From the NCBI GenBank assembly GCA_946187345.1, contig CAMHQD010000007.1, positions 9,514 to 73,513 on the forward strand: DNA of 64,000 nucleotides, written 5' to 3'. Origin of the DNA: an uncultured Porphyromonadaceae bacterium. Lineage in GTDB: Bacteria; Bacteroidota; Bacteroidia; Bacteroidales; Muribaculaceae. Shown here piece after piece: positions 33,320 to 42,529 of this stretch; positions within the stretch are counted from its first letter, which is position 1, and each line of letters begins with the position of its first letter. The position numbers and the translations under genes were made by a program. A model generated the notes under the pieces. The model made no database searches and was not told the origin of the DNA. It saw only the letters and a list, made by a program, of their open reading frames with translations.

Positions 33320-35365
33320 ATGAAAAGATTGTTTCTCCTTTCATTAGCCGCCTTGGCTCTTGGCGTGTCGGCACAGGAAGTGTCGCGCGCGCGCCTGGCC
33401 AAGTCGCAGCCTGCCCAGCCGCTGCGCATCGAGCAGGCCGTCACCGCCGGCCCGAAGACCCACAACGTTGTTGCCCAAAAGGCCAGCGATGAGGTGATTG
33501 AGGCTCGCCGCGCCGCCCGCCGTCGCGCAGAGGTCCTGCCCACGGCCAAGTACATACGTCCTGCCGGCTCGTTCTACGGCGTCACCGCCGACGGAAGCAC
33601 CGGCTTCTGGGGCGCCCCATTTGTGTGGGTTCCCACCTGGCGTGATGTCACGTTCCCCAACGTCACTACCGACGCCACCGAGTATGCGTGGACGTGGACG
33701 TTCTGGTCCAGCACAGCCATCGACCCGGAGGATGGCGAGCCCGGTGCCTATGTCACCGAGGAGGGCGAGGCCGATGAGAACGGCGGTTTGATTGCCCACT
33801 ACGTCAACGGCGAGATGGCCGACGCTCCCACTCTGACTGCCACCGGCGCCGGCGGCACAGCCTCCTACCAAATGTTCGGTATGGTCAAGCCCGAGGGTGC
33901 CAGCGATTATGAGCAGAGCAACGCTGTGATTTGCAGTTCGCTCGACCCCTGTGACCGTTTGGCTCAGACCTCCAGTTGGGCCGGTATCACCAGTTTCGGT
34001 TTGTCGCCGAAGAGTTTTAAGAAGGCTTACAGTGAGCATGAGGACGGCACCGGTGACTGGTACAACACCGTCACCTATAGCGGTGCCATGGGTTCCACAA
34101 TGACCGATGACGACAATAGTGGACTGTGGTTCGGCCGCAACTGGAGCGGTTGGAACGCCATGGGTGTCCGCTTCGAGAAGCCCGAATACCGCTATGCCCT
34201 GCGCAAGGTGCTCATGCAATATCATGACCTCGAACTCGTCGACGAGTTCAGCGGTGAGCCCATCATGATTACCGCCAAGGTCTATAAGATCAAGAAGAAC
34301 GCCGACCGTACTCCCGGCATAGGTACCGAGACCAGAACCAGAGATGATGGCACTACCCGTGAGGTGACTATCGCCGCCGGCGACCTGCAGTTGGGTGACC
34401 TCATCTGCGAGGGCTCGGCCGACCTGATGCGCTATGACGAGGCCGGCTCGCTGATTAAGGAGGGCTTGCTTGAGATCCCGATGATGGGCTTCGACCCCGA
34501 ATTCCCCGACCTCGAGTTTGAGGAGCCGGCCGACATCGACGATGAGATTTTCGTCATGGTGAGCGGCTATGAGCACGACAACATCTCCAAGTTCTCGATG
34601 TCCATCGCCAGCGACGAGCAGGATGAGGGCCACGGTTACCTCGGCTACATGATCAGCCTCGACGACAATAGCGAGCCCACCCGCATCATCGAGTTGGAGA
34701 ACTTCTTCAGCAGCCCGCTGGGCAACACGGCTCCGACGCTCTACATTGACATTGAGCAGCCGATGATGACCTGGAACTGGAGCAACGAGGACGGCGAGGT
34801 TGAGTTCCCGGTGGCCGGTGGCGCGATCAGCCGCACCCACACTACTACCGGTGATGACGGCAATCCCGTCACTGAGACTGAGAACGGCTTGAGCATCTTC
34901 ACCAACAAGGAGAGCAGCGAGTTCTACACCACAGTGAACGCCGCCGGTGAACTGTTTGACATCGACGATGCCACGGGCGAGCAGATCAACCCCGCCGGCT
35001 GGCTGCACCTCACCTTTGAGGATAAGTATGAGACCACAGAGGAAGGCACCGAGGAGTTCTCTTACATCGTGCTGGCCGGTATGAGCGCCGACGCGCTGCC
35101 TGACGGTGTTGAGGGTCGTGAGGAGACATTCTTCATCAACTTCCCCGGCGGCCGCCTGCAGGTGCACGCCGTCCAGGGCAAGGTTGCAAGTGCCGATCCG
35201 TGTGATGTCAACGCCGATGGCAAGGTCGACGTGGGCGACGTGAACGCTGTGCTCGAGGCCATCTTGGCCGGCAACAAGGATGCCAAGTTTGACGTCAACG
35301 GCGATGATACTGTCGACGTGGGCGATGTCAACACCATCCTCGACGCTATCCTCAACCAGCAGTAA
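33320..35365 (+). CDS. Large acidic secreted protein with C-terminal dockerin-like double repeat
   Basis: 681 aa with a signal peptide. The C-terminus is CDVNADGKVDVGDVNAVLEAIL...FDVNGDDTVDVGDVNTILDAILNQQ. Confidence 0.7.
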   Translation: MKRLFLLSLAALALGVSAQEVSRARLAKSQPAQPLRIEQAVTAGPKTHNVVAQKASDEVIEARRAARRRAEVLPTAKYIRPAGSFYGVTADGSTGFWGAPFVWVPTWRDVTFPNVTTDATEYAWTWTFWSSTAIDPEDGEPGAYVTEEGEADENGGLIAHYVNGEMADAPTLTATGAGGTASYQMFGMVKPEGASDYEQSNAVICSSLDPCDRLAQTSSWAGITSFGLSPKSFKKAYSEHEDGTGDWYNTVTYSGAMGSTMTDDDNSGLWFGRNWSGWNAMGVRFEKPEYRYALRKVLMQYHDLELVDEFSGEPIMITAKVYKIKKNADRTPGIGTETRTRDDGTTREVTIAAGDLQLGDLICEGSADLMRYDEAGSLIKEGLLEIPMMGFDPEFPDLEFEEPADIDDEIFVMVSGYEHDNISKFSMSIASDEQDEGHGYLGYMISLDDNSEPTRIIELENFFSSPLGNTAPTLYIDIEQPMMTWNWSNEDGEVEFPVAGGAISRTHTTTGDDGNPVTETENGLSIFTNKESSEFYTTVNAAGELFDIDDATGEQINPAGWLHLTFEDKYETTEEGTEEFSYIVLAGMSADALPDGVEGREETFFINFPGGRLQVHAVQGKVASADPCDVNADGKVDVGDVNAVLEAILAGNKDAKFDVNGDDTVDVGDVNTILDAILNQQ

Positions 35366-35538
35366 TGTGCGGTTTGCGGTCTAACGACCGTTGACCGGCG
35401 ACTATCAACTGATAGCAGTTTCTTAACATATTATTTCCTATTTTGCGTGCAGGACGGCCGTGACGGCTGCCCTGCATTCTTTGTTACTTTTTTGGTGATG
35501 TAACACTTTTTTTGGGATTTTGACGTTATTATTATATT

Positions 35539-37977
35539 ATGGCAGCATTTGATTTTGTTAAGATATGCGGCAGGGGAGTGGCGGCGGTGTTGCTGCTGCT
35601 GATTGCGGCATTGCCTGTAGTCGCCCAGCCGGCGGCACCCGCGTCGCGCAACGTCAAGATTCAGGGCACGGTGGTCGACGAGGCCGGCGCGCCGGTGGCG
35701 TTCGCCACGGTGCGCGTGCCGGGCACGGCCATCGGCACAAGTACGAGCGAGAAGGGCACCTATGAACTCACGGTGGCGCGTGCCGACACCATAATGGTCG
35801 AGTTCTCGATGATTGGCTACAGCACGGTGCGCCGCCAACTCGTCAACCCCGAGGGCACCATCACGATTAGCCCGAAACTCTACGAGAAGTCGCAGGAACT
35901 CACCGAATTGCAGGTGACCGAATACCGCAAGCAGACCAACACCATGCAGAACATCGACGCCGATGTGGTGAACCGCACCCCGGACGCCAGCGGCGGCAGC
36001 GTGGAGGCCGTGCTGACCACGATGGCCGGCGTCAGTTCAAAGAACGAATTGAGTTCGCAGTATATGGTGCGCGGCGGCAGTTACGACGAGAACAGCGTCT
36101 ATATCAACGGCATCGAGGTGTACCGTCCGCAACTCATCAGCAACGGCCAGCAGGAGGGCTTGAGCATCATCAACCCCGACATGGTGCGGAGCGTGCAGTT
36201 CAGCACCGGCGGCTTCAACGCGGAGTACGGCGACAAGATGTCGAGCGTGCTCGACATCACTTATCGCGACCCCGAGGCGGTTGAAGGGAGCCTCTCGGCG
36301 AGTTTGCAGGGCGGCAGCGTGTCGTTCGGGCAAGGTTCCAAAAGTTTCTCGCAGTTGCACGGCGTGCGCTACAAGCGCAACGGCCTGTTGCTTGGCTCAT
36401 TAGAGAGCAAGGGCGAGTATGACCCGCAATACTTCGACTATCAGACCCACATCGTTATCAAGCCGGGCGACCGCTTCCGGTTGGCTCTGTTAGGCAACAT
36501 CTCGTTGAACGACTACCGCTTCACGCCGGTCGACCGCGAGACGAGTTTCGGCACGAGCATGGCGGCCAAGTCGTTCAAGGTCTATTTTGACGGTCAAGAG
36601 CGCGACAAGTTCCGCACGTTCTTCGGCGCTCTCACGGCGAGTTACAAGGTGAGTGCCGGCACCACGCTGGCGCTGCAGGCCAGTGGCTACCGCAGCGACG
36701 AGTTGGTGAGTTACGACGTTCACGGCGAGTATTGGCTCGACGAGGCCGGCGCCGAGGGCGTGGGCGGCGAGTTGGGCGTGGGCAAGTACCACGAGCATGC
36801 CCGCAACCGCTTGAAGTTTACCGTCTATGACTTCGGCTTTAAGGGCACCACGGGCCTTGGCGGCCACAACATCGGCTACGGTGTGTCGATGCGCCGCGAG
36901 AACGTCACCGACCGCTCGCGCGAGTGGCAGTGGCGCGATTCGGCCGGCTACTCGCTGCCGCGGGTGCCGGACCTGGTGAGCGTGATCTACAATCAAGGCA
37001 GCAACCACGACCTCAAGTCGACGCGCATCATGGCCTATGTGCAGGACACCTACAAGGTGATGAGTGGTGCCGGTTTGTGGAACATCAACCTGGGAGTGCG
37101 CTTCTCGCGCTGGGACTTCAATAAGGAGACTCTTATCTCGCCGCGTGCCAGTGTGGGTTTCGTGCCGGCCAACCACAGCCGCTGGGCGTTCCGCCTTGCC
37201 GGAGGCCTCTACTATCAGGCGCCGTTCTACAAAGAATACCGCGTGGAGCGCGTCGGTGACGACGGCAACGCCTATATCGACCTCAACCGCGACATCAAGA
37301 GTCAGCGTAGCATTCAGGCCATCCTGGGAGCCGACTACACCTTCCGGGCTATGGGGCGGCCGTTCAAGTTCAGCGCCGAGGCCTATTACAAGAACTTGGC
37401 AAACCTCATCCCCTATGAGGTGGACAACCTCAAGGTGGTTTATAGCGGAGAGAACTCGAGTAAAGGCAGCGCGATGGGCCTCGACATGAAACTGTTCGGC
37501 CAGTTTGTGGAGGGCACCGACTCGTGGGTGAGTTTCTCGCTGATGAAGACCAGCGAGGACATGAACGGCGTCAAAGTGCCCCGTCCAACCGACCAGCGCT
37601 ACTCGTTCGCCTTGTTCTTCACCGACTATCTTCCCAAACTCAAGCGGCTGCGCTTCTCGCTGCGCGCCATCTTCAGCGACGGCTTGCCCACCACGGCTCC
37701 GCGCACCACGCGCGCCGACGCCTACTTCCGCCAGCCCGCCTACAAGCGCCTGGACGTGGGCCTGACGTTTGACTTTATCACGCGCGACCACAGGCCGTCG
37801 AGCGGCTTCTTCAGCCACTTCAAGGCCCTGTCGCTTGGCGTGGACGTGTTCAACCTGTTCGACATCAGCAACGTGAGCAGTTACTACTGGGTCACCGATG
37901 TCAACAATATGCAGTACGCGGTGCCCAACTACCTCACCCGCCGCCAGATCAACGTCCGCCTCACCGCCAAATTCTGA
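35539..37977 (+). CDS. TonB-dependent receptor with CarboxypepD_reg-like N-domain (no SusD partner)
   Basis: 812 aa. It has NVKIQGTVVDEAGAPVAFATVRV, plug motifs (MVRGGSYDENSVYINGIEVY) and a barrel ending NVRLTAKF. Confidence 0.8.
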   Translation: MAAFDFVKICGRGVAAVLLLLIAALPVVAQPAAPASRNVKIQGTVVDEAGAPVAFATVRVPGTAIGTSTSEKGTYELTVARADTIMVEFSMIGYSTVRRQLVNPEGTITISPKLYEKSQELTELQVTEYRKQTNTMQNIDADVVNRTPDASGGSVEAVLTTMAGVSSKNELSSQYMVRGGSYDENSVYINGIEVYRPQLISNGQQEGLSIINPDMVRSVQFSTGGFNAEYGDKMSSVLDITYRDPEAVEGSLSASLQGGSVSFGQGSKSFSQLHGVRYKRNGLLLGSLESKGEYDPQYFDYQTHIVIKPGDRFRLALLGNISLNDYRFTPVDRETSFGTSMAAKSFKVYFDGQERDKFRTFFGALTASYKVSAGTTLALQASGYRSDELVSYDVHGEYWLDEAGAEGVGGELGVGKYHEHARNRLKFTVYDFGFKGTTGLGGHNIGYGVSMRRENVTDRSREWQWRDSAGYSLPRVPDLVSVIYNQGSNHDLKSTRIMAYVQDTYKVMSGAGLWNINLGVRFSRWDFNKETLISPRASVGFVPANHSRWAFRLAGGLYYQAPFYKEYRVERVGDDGNAYIDLNRDIKSQRSIQAILGADYTFRAMGRPFKFSAEAYYKNLANLIPYEVDNLKVVYSGENSSKGSAMGLDMKLFGQFVEGTDSWVSFSLMKTSEDMNGVKVPRPTDQRYSFALFFTDYLPKLKRLRFSLRAIFSDGLPTTAPRTTRADAYFRQPAYKRLDVGLTFDFITRDHRPSSGFFSHFKALSLGVDVFNLFDISNVSSYYWVTDVNNMQYAVPNYLTRRQINVRLTAKF

Positions 37978-37980
37978 TGG

Positions 37981-38013
37981 CCTCCCCCCTTCCCCCTCCT
38001 GAAGGAGGGGGGC
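37981..38013 (-). repeat. REP-1 copy, reverse orientation (left member of an inverted pair)
   Basis: cctccccccttccccctcctgaaggaggggggc, starting 4 nt after the receptor stop codon. Confidence 0.8.
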
Positions 38014-38075
38014 ACAGTTGCAACAATGGAGCCTACGATTATATAAAAAATGATAATTATTTAGAATAACTGCCA

Positions 38076-38107
38076 ACCCCCCTCCTTTAGGAGGGGTGGG
38101 GGGAGGC
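38076..38107 (+). repeat. REP-1 copy, forward orientation (right member of an inverted pair)
   Basis: aacccccctcctttaggaggggtggggggaggc. Confidence 0.8.
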
Positions 38108-38122
38108 TTAAAACATTTAACA

Positions 38123-38869
38123 ATGAAATTACTTGAAGGAAAAGTTGCCTTGATCACGGGTGCCGCGCGTGGCATCGGCAAGGCTATCGCGTTGAAGTTT
38201 GCGGCCGAGGGTGCCGACGTGGCGTTCACCGACCTGGTGATTGACGAGAACGGCAAGGCCACCGAGGCCGAGATTGCCGCCCTGGGTGTCAAGGCCAAAG
38301 GCTATGCCAGCAATGCCGCCGACTTCGCGCAGACCGAGGCCGTTGTGGCGCAGGTCAAGGAGGAGTTTGGCCACATCGACATTCTGGTCAACAATGCCGG
38401 TATCACCAAGGACGGCTTGATGCTGCGCATGACCGAGGCGCAGTGGGACGCCGTGATTGCGGTGAACCTCAAGAGCGCGTTTAACTTTATCCACGCCCTG
38501 GTGCCCATCATGATGCGCCAGCGTGGCGGCTCGATTATCAACATGGCGAGCGTGGTGGGTGTTCACGGCAATGCCGGTCAGGCCAACTATGCGGCGAGCA
38601 AGGCCGGCCTGATCGCGTTGGCCAAGAGTATCGGTCAGGAGATGGGCAGCCGCGGCATCCGCGCCAATGCGATTGCTCCGGGCTTTATCGAGACGGCGAT
38701 GACGGCCGCCCTGCCCGATGACGTGCGTCAGGAGTGGGTGAAGAAGATTCCGCTGCGTCGCGGTGGCACGGTCGACGACATCGCCAACGTGGCCACGTTC
38801 CTGGCCAGCGATATGTCGAGTTACATCACCGGCCAAGTCATCCAAGTGGACGGCGGCATGAACATGTAA
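38123..38869 (+). CDS. fabG: 3-oxoacyl-[acyl-carrier-protein] reductase
   Basis: I used the ATG at 38123 (MKLLEGKVALITGAARGIGKAIA); the track start at 38096 lies inside a REP. It has the SDR motifs TGxxxGIG, NNAG and YxxxK (YAASKAG), and the C-terminus GQVIQVDGGMNM. Confidence 0.9.
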   Translation: MKLLEGKVALITGAARGIGKAIALKFAAEGADVAFTDLVIDENGKATEAEIAALGVKAKGYASNAADFAQTEAVVAQVKEEFGHIDILVNNAGITKDGLMLRMTEAQWDAVIAVNLKSAFNFIHALVPIMMRQRGGSIINMASVVGVHGNAGQANYAASKAGLIALAKSIGQEMGSRGIRANAIAPGFIETAMTAALPDDVRQEWVKKIPLRRGGTVDDIANVATFLASDMSSYITGQVIQVDGGMNM

Positions 38870-38884
38870 TCTATTTTTCTTAGA

Positions 38885-39345
38885 ATCCCTAGTATTGCTG
38901 TCCGGTAAAATTCATCTGGATTGTCAAAGACTGTAGGGCCTCGCCTTGGCGAGGCCGCAAGCGGCGACAAATGTGAGCCCCGTCAGGGGCGACAGCTCCT
39001 AGGCGGGGGCGCCAGCCCCCGTGACTATGGTGTGAGTTTTTTCTCAAACAAAGCCCTGTAAGGGCGACAGAAACGCGCTGAGACTGTCGCCCCTACGGGG
39101 TTGTTGTTACTTGTATGGGCAGAACCTTTAGCTCGCGACCGAACGGGAGCAATTTATTCTGCCCATCCTGTTTACGGGGGCTGGCGCCCCCGCCTATGTG
39201 CTGTCGCCCCCTATTGGGGGCTCTTGGCCTCGCATTGGCGGGGCTATAGAGTAAGCCCCAACAATGTCAAAGGCGCCAAATTACTATGATATATTCGATT
39301 ATCTGAACGTTAATTTAATTTACCGGACAGCAATAATTCCCTAGG
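38885..39345. repeat. About 460-bp nested palindromic element (family 4)
   Basis: Outer inverted repeat: attgctgtccggtaaaatt / aatttaccggacagcaat. Inner perfect 22-bp inverted repeat: aggcgggggcgccagcccccgt / acgggggctggcgcccccgcct. It also has several local hairpins (gggcgacag...ctgtcgccc; gggcagaa...ttctgccc). Confidence 0.8.
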
Positions 39346-39371
39346 AACCCTAGGAAATATAGGTTCCATAG

Positions 39372-39418
39372 AAAAGCAATGCCGAGGGGCGAGTTGTGAA
39401 ACTCGCCCCTCGGCATTG
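39372..39418 (-). terminator. Intrinsic terminator after tRNA-Cys
   Basis: The minus strand reads caatgccgaggggcgagt ttcaca actcgcccctcggcattg followed by cttttct. Confidence 0.55.
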
Positions 39419-39490
39419 AGGTCGCAAGCGGACTCGAACCGCTGTACCTGGTTTTGCAGACCAGTGACTAAACCACTCATCCATGCGACC
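39419..39490 (-). tRNA. tRNA-Cys (GCA)
   Basis: The reverse complement is GGTCGCATGGATGAGTGGTTTAGTCACTGGTCTGCAAAACCAGGTACAGCGGTTCGAGTCCGCTTGCGACCT. It has a 7-bp acceptor stem, a 5-bp anticodon stem with loop CTGCAAA, a T-arm CAGCGG-TTCGAGT-CCGCTT and no encoded CCA. Confidence 0.9.
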
Positions 39491-39509
39491 CGTTGATGGT
39501 TTGCGGCTG

Positions 39510-39517
39510 CAAAGGTA
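39510..39517 (-). promoter_or_regulatory. Candidate -7 promoter box (TACCTTTG) for tRNA-Cys
   Basis: The reverse complement of caaaggta lies about 20 nt upstream of the tRNA 5' end. Confidence 0.5.
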
Positions 39518-39565
39518 ATACTTTTTTTTCATTCCCGCAACAATTGCGTGAATTTATTTTCGGAT

Positions 39566-39650
39566 GACGTCGGCGAGGGGTCGGCGAGGGGACGGTTCTT
39601 GTGTTTTACCGCAGCGCGGCCAAAACAAAAGAACCGTCCCCGTGTTTCGC
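39566..39650. repeat. GAACCGTCCCCGTGTTTC hairpin module (second copy)
   Basis: ggggacggttcttgtgtttt...aaaacaaaagaaccgtccccgtgtttcgc, related to 20620-20700. Confidence 0.7.
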
Positions 39651-39786
39651 AATGATGACCCCTTTTTTGGGGGAGATTTTTGTTGCAAAAGGGGCTTTTT
39701 TTGCATTTTTTGACCCAAAAATGCAGAAATTGTGAATTTGATAATAGAAATTGTGAATTTGGTAGTCCTCGGATTGCTTTTCAATT

Positions 39787-39794
39787 TAATTTTG
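39787..39794 (+). promoter_or_regulatory. Candidate -7 promoter box (TAATTTTG)
   Basis: Matches TAnnTTTG, 37 nt upstream of the ATG at 39831. Confidence 0.45.
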
Positions 39795-39830
39795 TGGCAG
39801 AATTAGTCACAATGCAAAACCGCGAAAACT

Positions 39831-40892
39831 ATGAAAAAAATTTTACTTCTCATTGCGGCCTTCGCGACATTGGAGTGCGGAGCGCAGAGTTATACCTCGG
39901 TGCCCAGCGCCACGCTGGAGCATAACGGAGAGGTGACCGTCTACTACGGCGCGGCAGCGTTTGCCGCCGCCTATCAGGCCGCTGCCGACACGCTCGACGT
40001 GATCTACCTCAGCGCGGGCGAGTTCAATAACCCGGGCGTGATTCAGAAGTCTATCACGGTCTATGGTGTGGGCTTCGAGACCGATCCCGCGACGAGCGTG
40101 TTGCGCACGAGTGTCGCCGGCGGACTGGGCATCACTCCCGCCGAGGGGAAGAAGGTGGGTGGCTGTCACTTCGAGGGCATCTGGTTTGACTCTGACTTTA
40201 GAGTTAACCGAGTGACGGTCAACGAGGAAGACTTGCGCGTCTATAACACCAGCCTGATCAAGTGTGGCGTGAACGGCGCAATTCGATTGTTTGCCCCTAC
40301 CCACTTCACGACCATCCGCCAGTGCCGCGTCACCGGCGATATTTCGGGTTCAGGCAACGACAACTATGGTGCAGCCCAGAGCCTGATAATTACTAACTGC
40401 CACATTGGTGGTCGCATCTGTAATTTTCCCTTGAGCGTGACCAACATGAGCAGCGTTGTTGTCGACCATTGTGTGCTCTCGTATAGAGCGTATGGTGATT
40501 ATTACCACGGCCCGTATATTTACAACAATACCATCTTCACGGCCGACTACTACGGCGGTCAGGTGAGTCAAGGCGCGACGTTGAACTATTGTGTCTACTA
40601 TGGTAAAGATAGATACCCTGACCGTTGCAGCGGCGTAGGCAATTACTTCGGCATCCGCGACTGGGCCAATGTGTTCACCGAGCCCGACAAGGCGACCCCC
40701 AACTATGACGAGACGCGCACGTTTGCCGTCAAGGAGGAACTGGTGGGCAGTGACGGCACACCCGTTGGTGTGGCCGGCGGTTTCGGCTGGCACAAGTTCC
40801 CGTCGCTGCCGCGCGTGACAGAGTTGAGCACAACGCTGAGCGAGGACGCCAAGAAGGTCACGGTCACCATCAAGGCCGACGTGCCGGAGTGA
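39831..40892 (+). CDS. Secreted protein, possible parallel beta-helix fold, unknown function
   Basis: 353 aa with a signal peptide (MKKILLLIAAFATLECGAQS). It has PbH1-like periodic segments (ITNCHIGGRI.., VVDHCVLS.., IYNNTIFT..). Confidence 0.55.
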   Translation: MKKILLLIAAFATLECGAQSYTSVPSATLEHNGEVTVYYGAAAFAAAYQAAADTLDVIYLSAGEFNNPGVIQKSITVYGVGFETDPATSVLRTSVAGGLGITPAEGKKVGGCHFEGIWFDSDFRVNRVTVNEEDLRVYNTSLIKCGVNGAIRLFAPTHFTTIRQCRVTGDISGSGNDNYGAAQSLIITNCHIGGRICNFPLSVTNMSSVVVDHCVLSYRAYGDYYHGPYIYNNTIFTADYYGGQVSQGATLNYCVYYGKDRYPDRCSGVGNYFGIRDWANVFTEPDKATPNYDETRTFAVKEELVGSDGTPVGVAGGFGWHKFPSLPRVTELSTTLSEDAKKVTVTIKADVPE

Positions 40893-40947
40893 CAATTTAA
40901 TTCATAATTCATAATGCACAATGCATAATTATAATGCCGTTTGCATC

Positions 40948-42390
40948 ATGAAATATATATTATCTATAATAACGGCGATGGCGGTGTGGACGACGGCTGT
41001 GGCGCAGTCGGCGTTGACGACAGCCCGCGTGTGGGTCGACGGCGACGTGGCCGGGGCGCGCACGGTGTCGCTGAGCGGCGGCAGCGGTTCGCTGCAACTC
41101 GACGCGACGGCGCTGCTGCCGGGTGTGCACGTGCTGCACTCGCGCGTGGGCGACGGCACGCGGTGGGGCACCACGGCGAGCCACGCGTTCATCGTGCCCG
41201 GCCGCAGCGACCTCACCCCTGCCGCCACCAAGTACACCTATTGGGTGGACGACAACCGCGCCAAGGCCGTGACGGGTGACTTGAGTGCCGAGGGCATAGC
41301 GACGTTTGACCTCGACGCGACGGCGTTGCCGCCGGGCGTGCATGTGCTGCACTCGCGCGTGGGCGACGGCACGCGGTGGCACACCACGGCGAGCCACGCG
41401 TTTATCGTGCCCGGCCGCAGCGACCTCACTCCGGCCGCCACCAAGTACACTTATTGGGTGGACGACAACCGCGCCGAGGCTGTGACCGGCGACTTGAGTG
41501 CCGAGGGTGTCGCCACGTTTGACATCGACGTGGAGAACATGCGCGAAGGAATACACTTTGTACATTCGCGCATCGGCGACGGCACCACATGGGGCGCGAC
41601 GGCCTCCAGCGCCTTTGTGCTCACCCTCACCTCGTCCATCAGTTCGCGCCTGATAACGGGCTATGACTATTGGTTTAACAGCGATGTGATTCGCCACGTG
41701 GACCTCGAACCGATGGCCGCGCCGGTGACGCTCACCGCGCTGGCGCTCGACATCACCGATGTGGTGGCCAACAGCCTCGAGAACTATACGTTTGACGCCG
41801 TGACCGGTTTGGTGACGGTAACCGACGACCTCACCTTCGGCATCCGCATGGTAAACGACCGGGGCGCCGGCGAGCCGCAACTCACGGTCTTTGAGGACTA
41901 CAATATCACGCTCGACCCGCAGATTGTTCTGCTCGAGCACAAGCAGCCCTATAGCGGCGACGTGCCGCGCCGTGGCGCGATGCGTGGCTACAGCGTTGAC
42001 TTTGTCACGCCGAGCGCCAATGTGTCGTTCTCAGTCGCGTGCTCCGGTTTGAAGGTAGACTTCTTTGACAACGACGGCAACCGGCTTGAGGCAACCGTCG
42101 AGCCGGGCAATGAGGGCACGACGCTCTATCGCATGCGTCCCACGGTGAGCGGCAAGGTCTACGCGCTGGCCTATGACGTGACGGAGCCTGTCGCCGCGCT
42201 TGACGTGATGTGGAAGGTGCTCACCTTCTGTGACACTAACGATGACGGCTATGTCGACGTGGGCGATGTGAACACCGTGTTGACCGATATTTTGCTGGGC
42301 GGCACCAATATGGACCTTGACGTGAACGGCGACGGGCGCGTTGATGTGGGTGACGTGAACACCGTTCTCTGGACCATCCTCGAGCAATAG
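40948..42390 (+). CDS. Secreted repeat protein with C-terminal dockerin-like double repeat
   Basis: I used the ATG at 40948 (MKYILSIITAMAVWTTAVAQS). It has about 2.7 tandem 71-aa repeats. The C-terminus is CDTNDDGYVDVGDVNTVLTDIL...LDVNGDGRVDVGDVNTVLWTILEQ. Confidence 0.7.
   Translation: MKYILSIITAMAVWTTAVAQSALTTARVWVDGDVAGARTVSLSGGSGSLQLDATALLPGVHVLHSRVGDGTRWGTTASHAFIVPGRSDLTPAATKYTYWVDDNRAKAVTGDLSAEGIATFDLDATALPPGVHVLHSRVGDGTRWHTTASHAFIVPGRSDLTPAATKYTYWVDDNRAEAVTGDLSAEGVATFDIDVENMREGIHFVHSRIGDGTTWGATASSAFVLTLTSSISSRLITGYDYWFNSDVIRHVDLEPMAAPVTLTALALDITDVVANSLENYTFDAVTGLVTVTDDLTFGIRMVNDRGAGEPQLTVFEDYNITLDPQIVLLEHKQPYSGDVPRRGAMRGYSVDFVTPSANVSFSVACSGLKVDFFDNDGNRLEATVEPGNEGTTLYRMRPTVSGKVYALAYDVTEPVAALDVMWKVLTFCDTNDDGYVDVGDVNTVLTDILLGGTNMDLDVNGDGRVDVGDVNTVLWTILEQ
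41030..41640 (+). repeat. 213-bp tandem coding repeat, about 2.7 units
   Basis: ctcgacgcgacggcg(c/t)tgc(t/c)gccggg(t/c)gtgca(c/t)gtgctgcactcgcgcgtgggcgacggcacgcggtgg... recurs at about 41098 and about 41311, with a degenerate third unit at about 41524. Confidence 0.8.
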
Positions 42391-42437
42391 GCTCGATAAC
42401 GAAATACCAGATTCTCTTTTAACCTTTTTAACCAGCC

Positions 42438-42481
42438 GGGCCGGTGCCTCGCCTCTCGAGCGACGCACCGGCCCTTTTTTT
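42438..42481 (+). terminator. Intrinsic terminator
   Basis: A gggccggtgc ... gcaccggccc stem followed by ttttttttatt, about 50 nt after the stop at 42390. Confidence 0.7.
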
Positions 42482-42529
42482 ATTGCTGATAATAAAGAGA
42501 TTAATGTATGACCAGACCTTGGCCTGGCC

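Noticed and set aside
38076-38107. REP-1 G-rich tail (GGAGGGGTGGGGGGAGG) as a G-quadruplex or a Shine-Dalgarno/anti-SD mimic.
   Set aside because: The G-tracts are uneven, and the adjacent perfect hairpin is a simpler explanation. Bacteroidota generally do not rely on SD pairing, and most copies sit after stop codons rather than before starts. I cannot support either idea from sequence alone.
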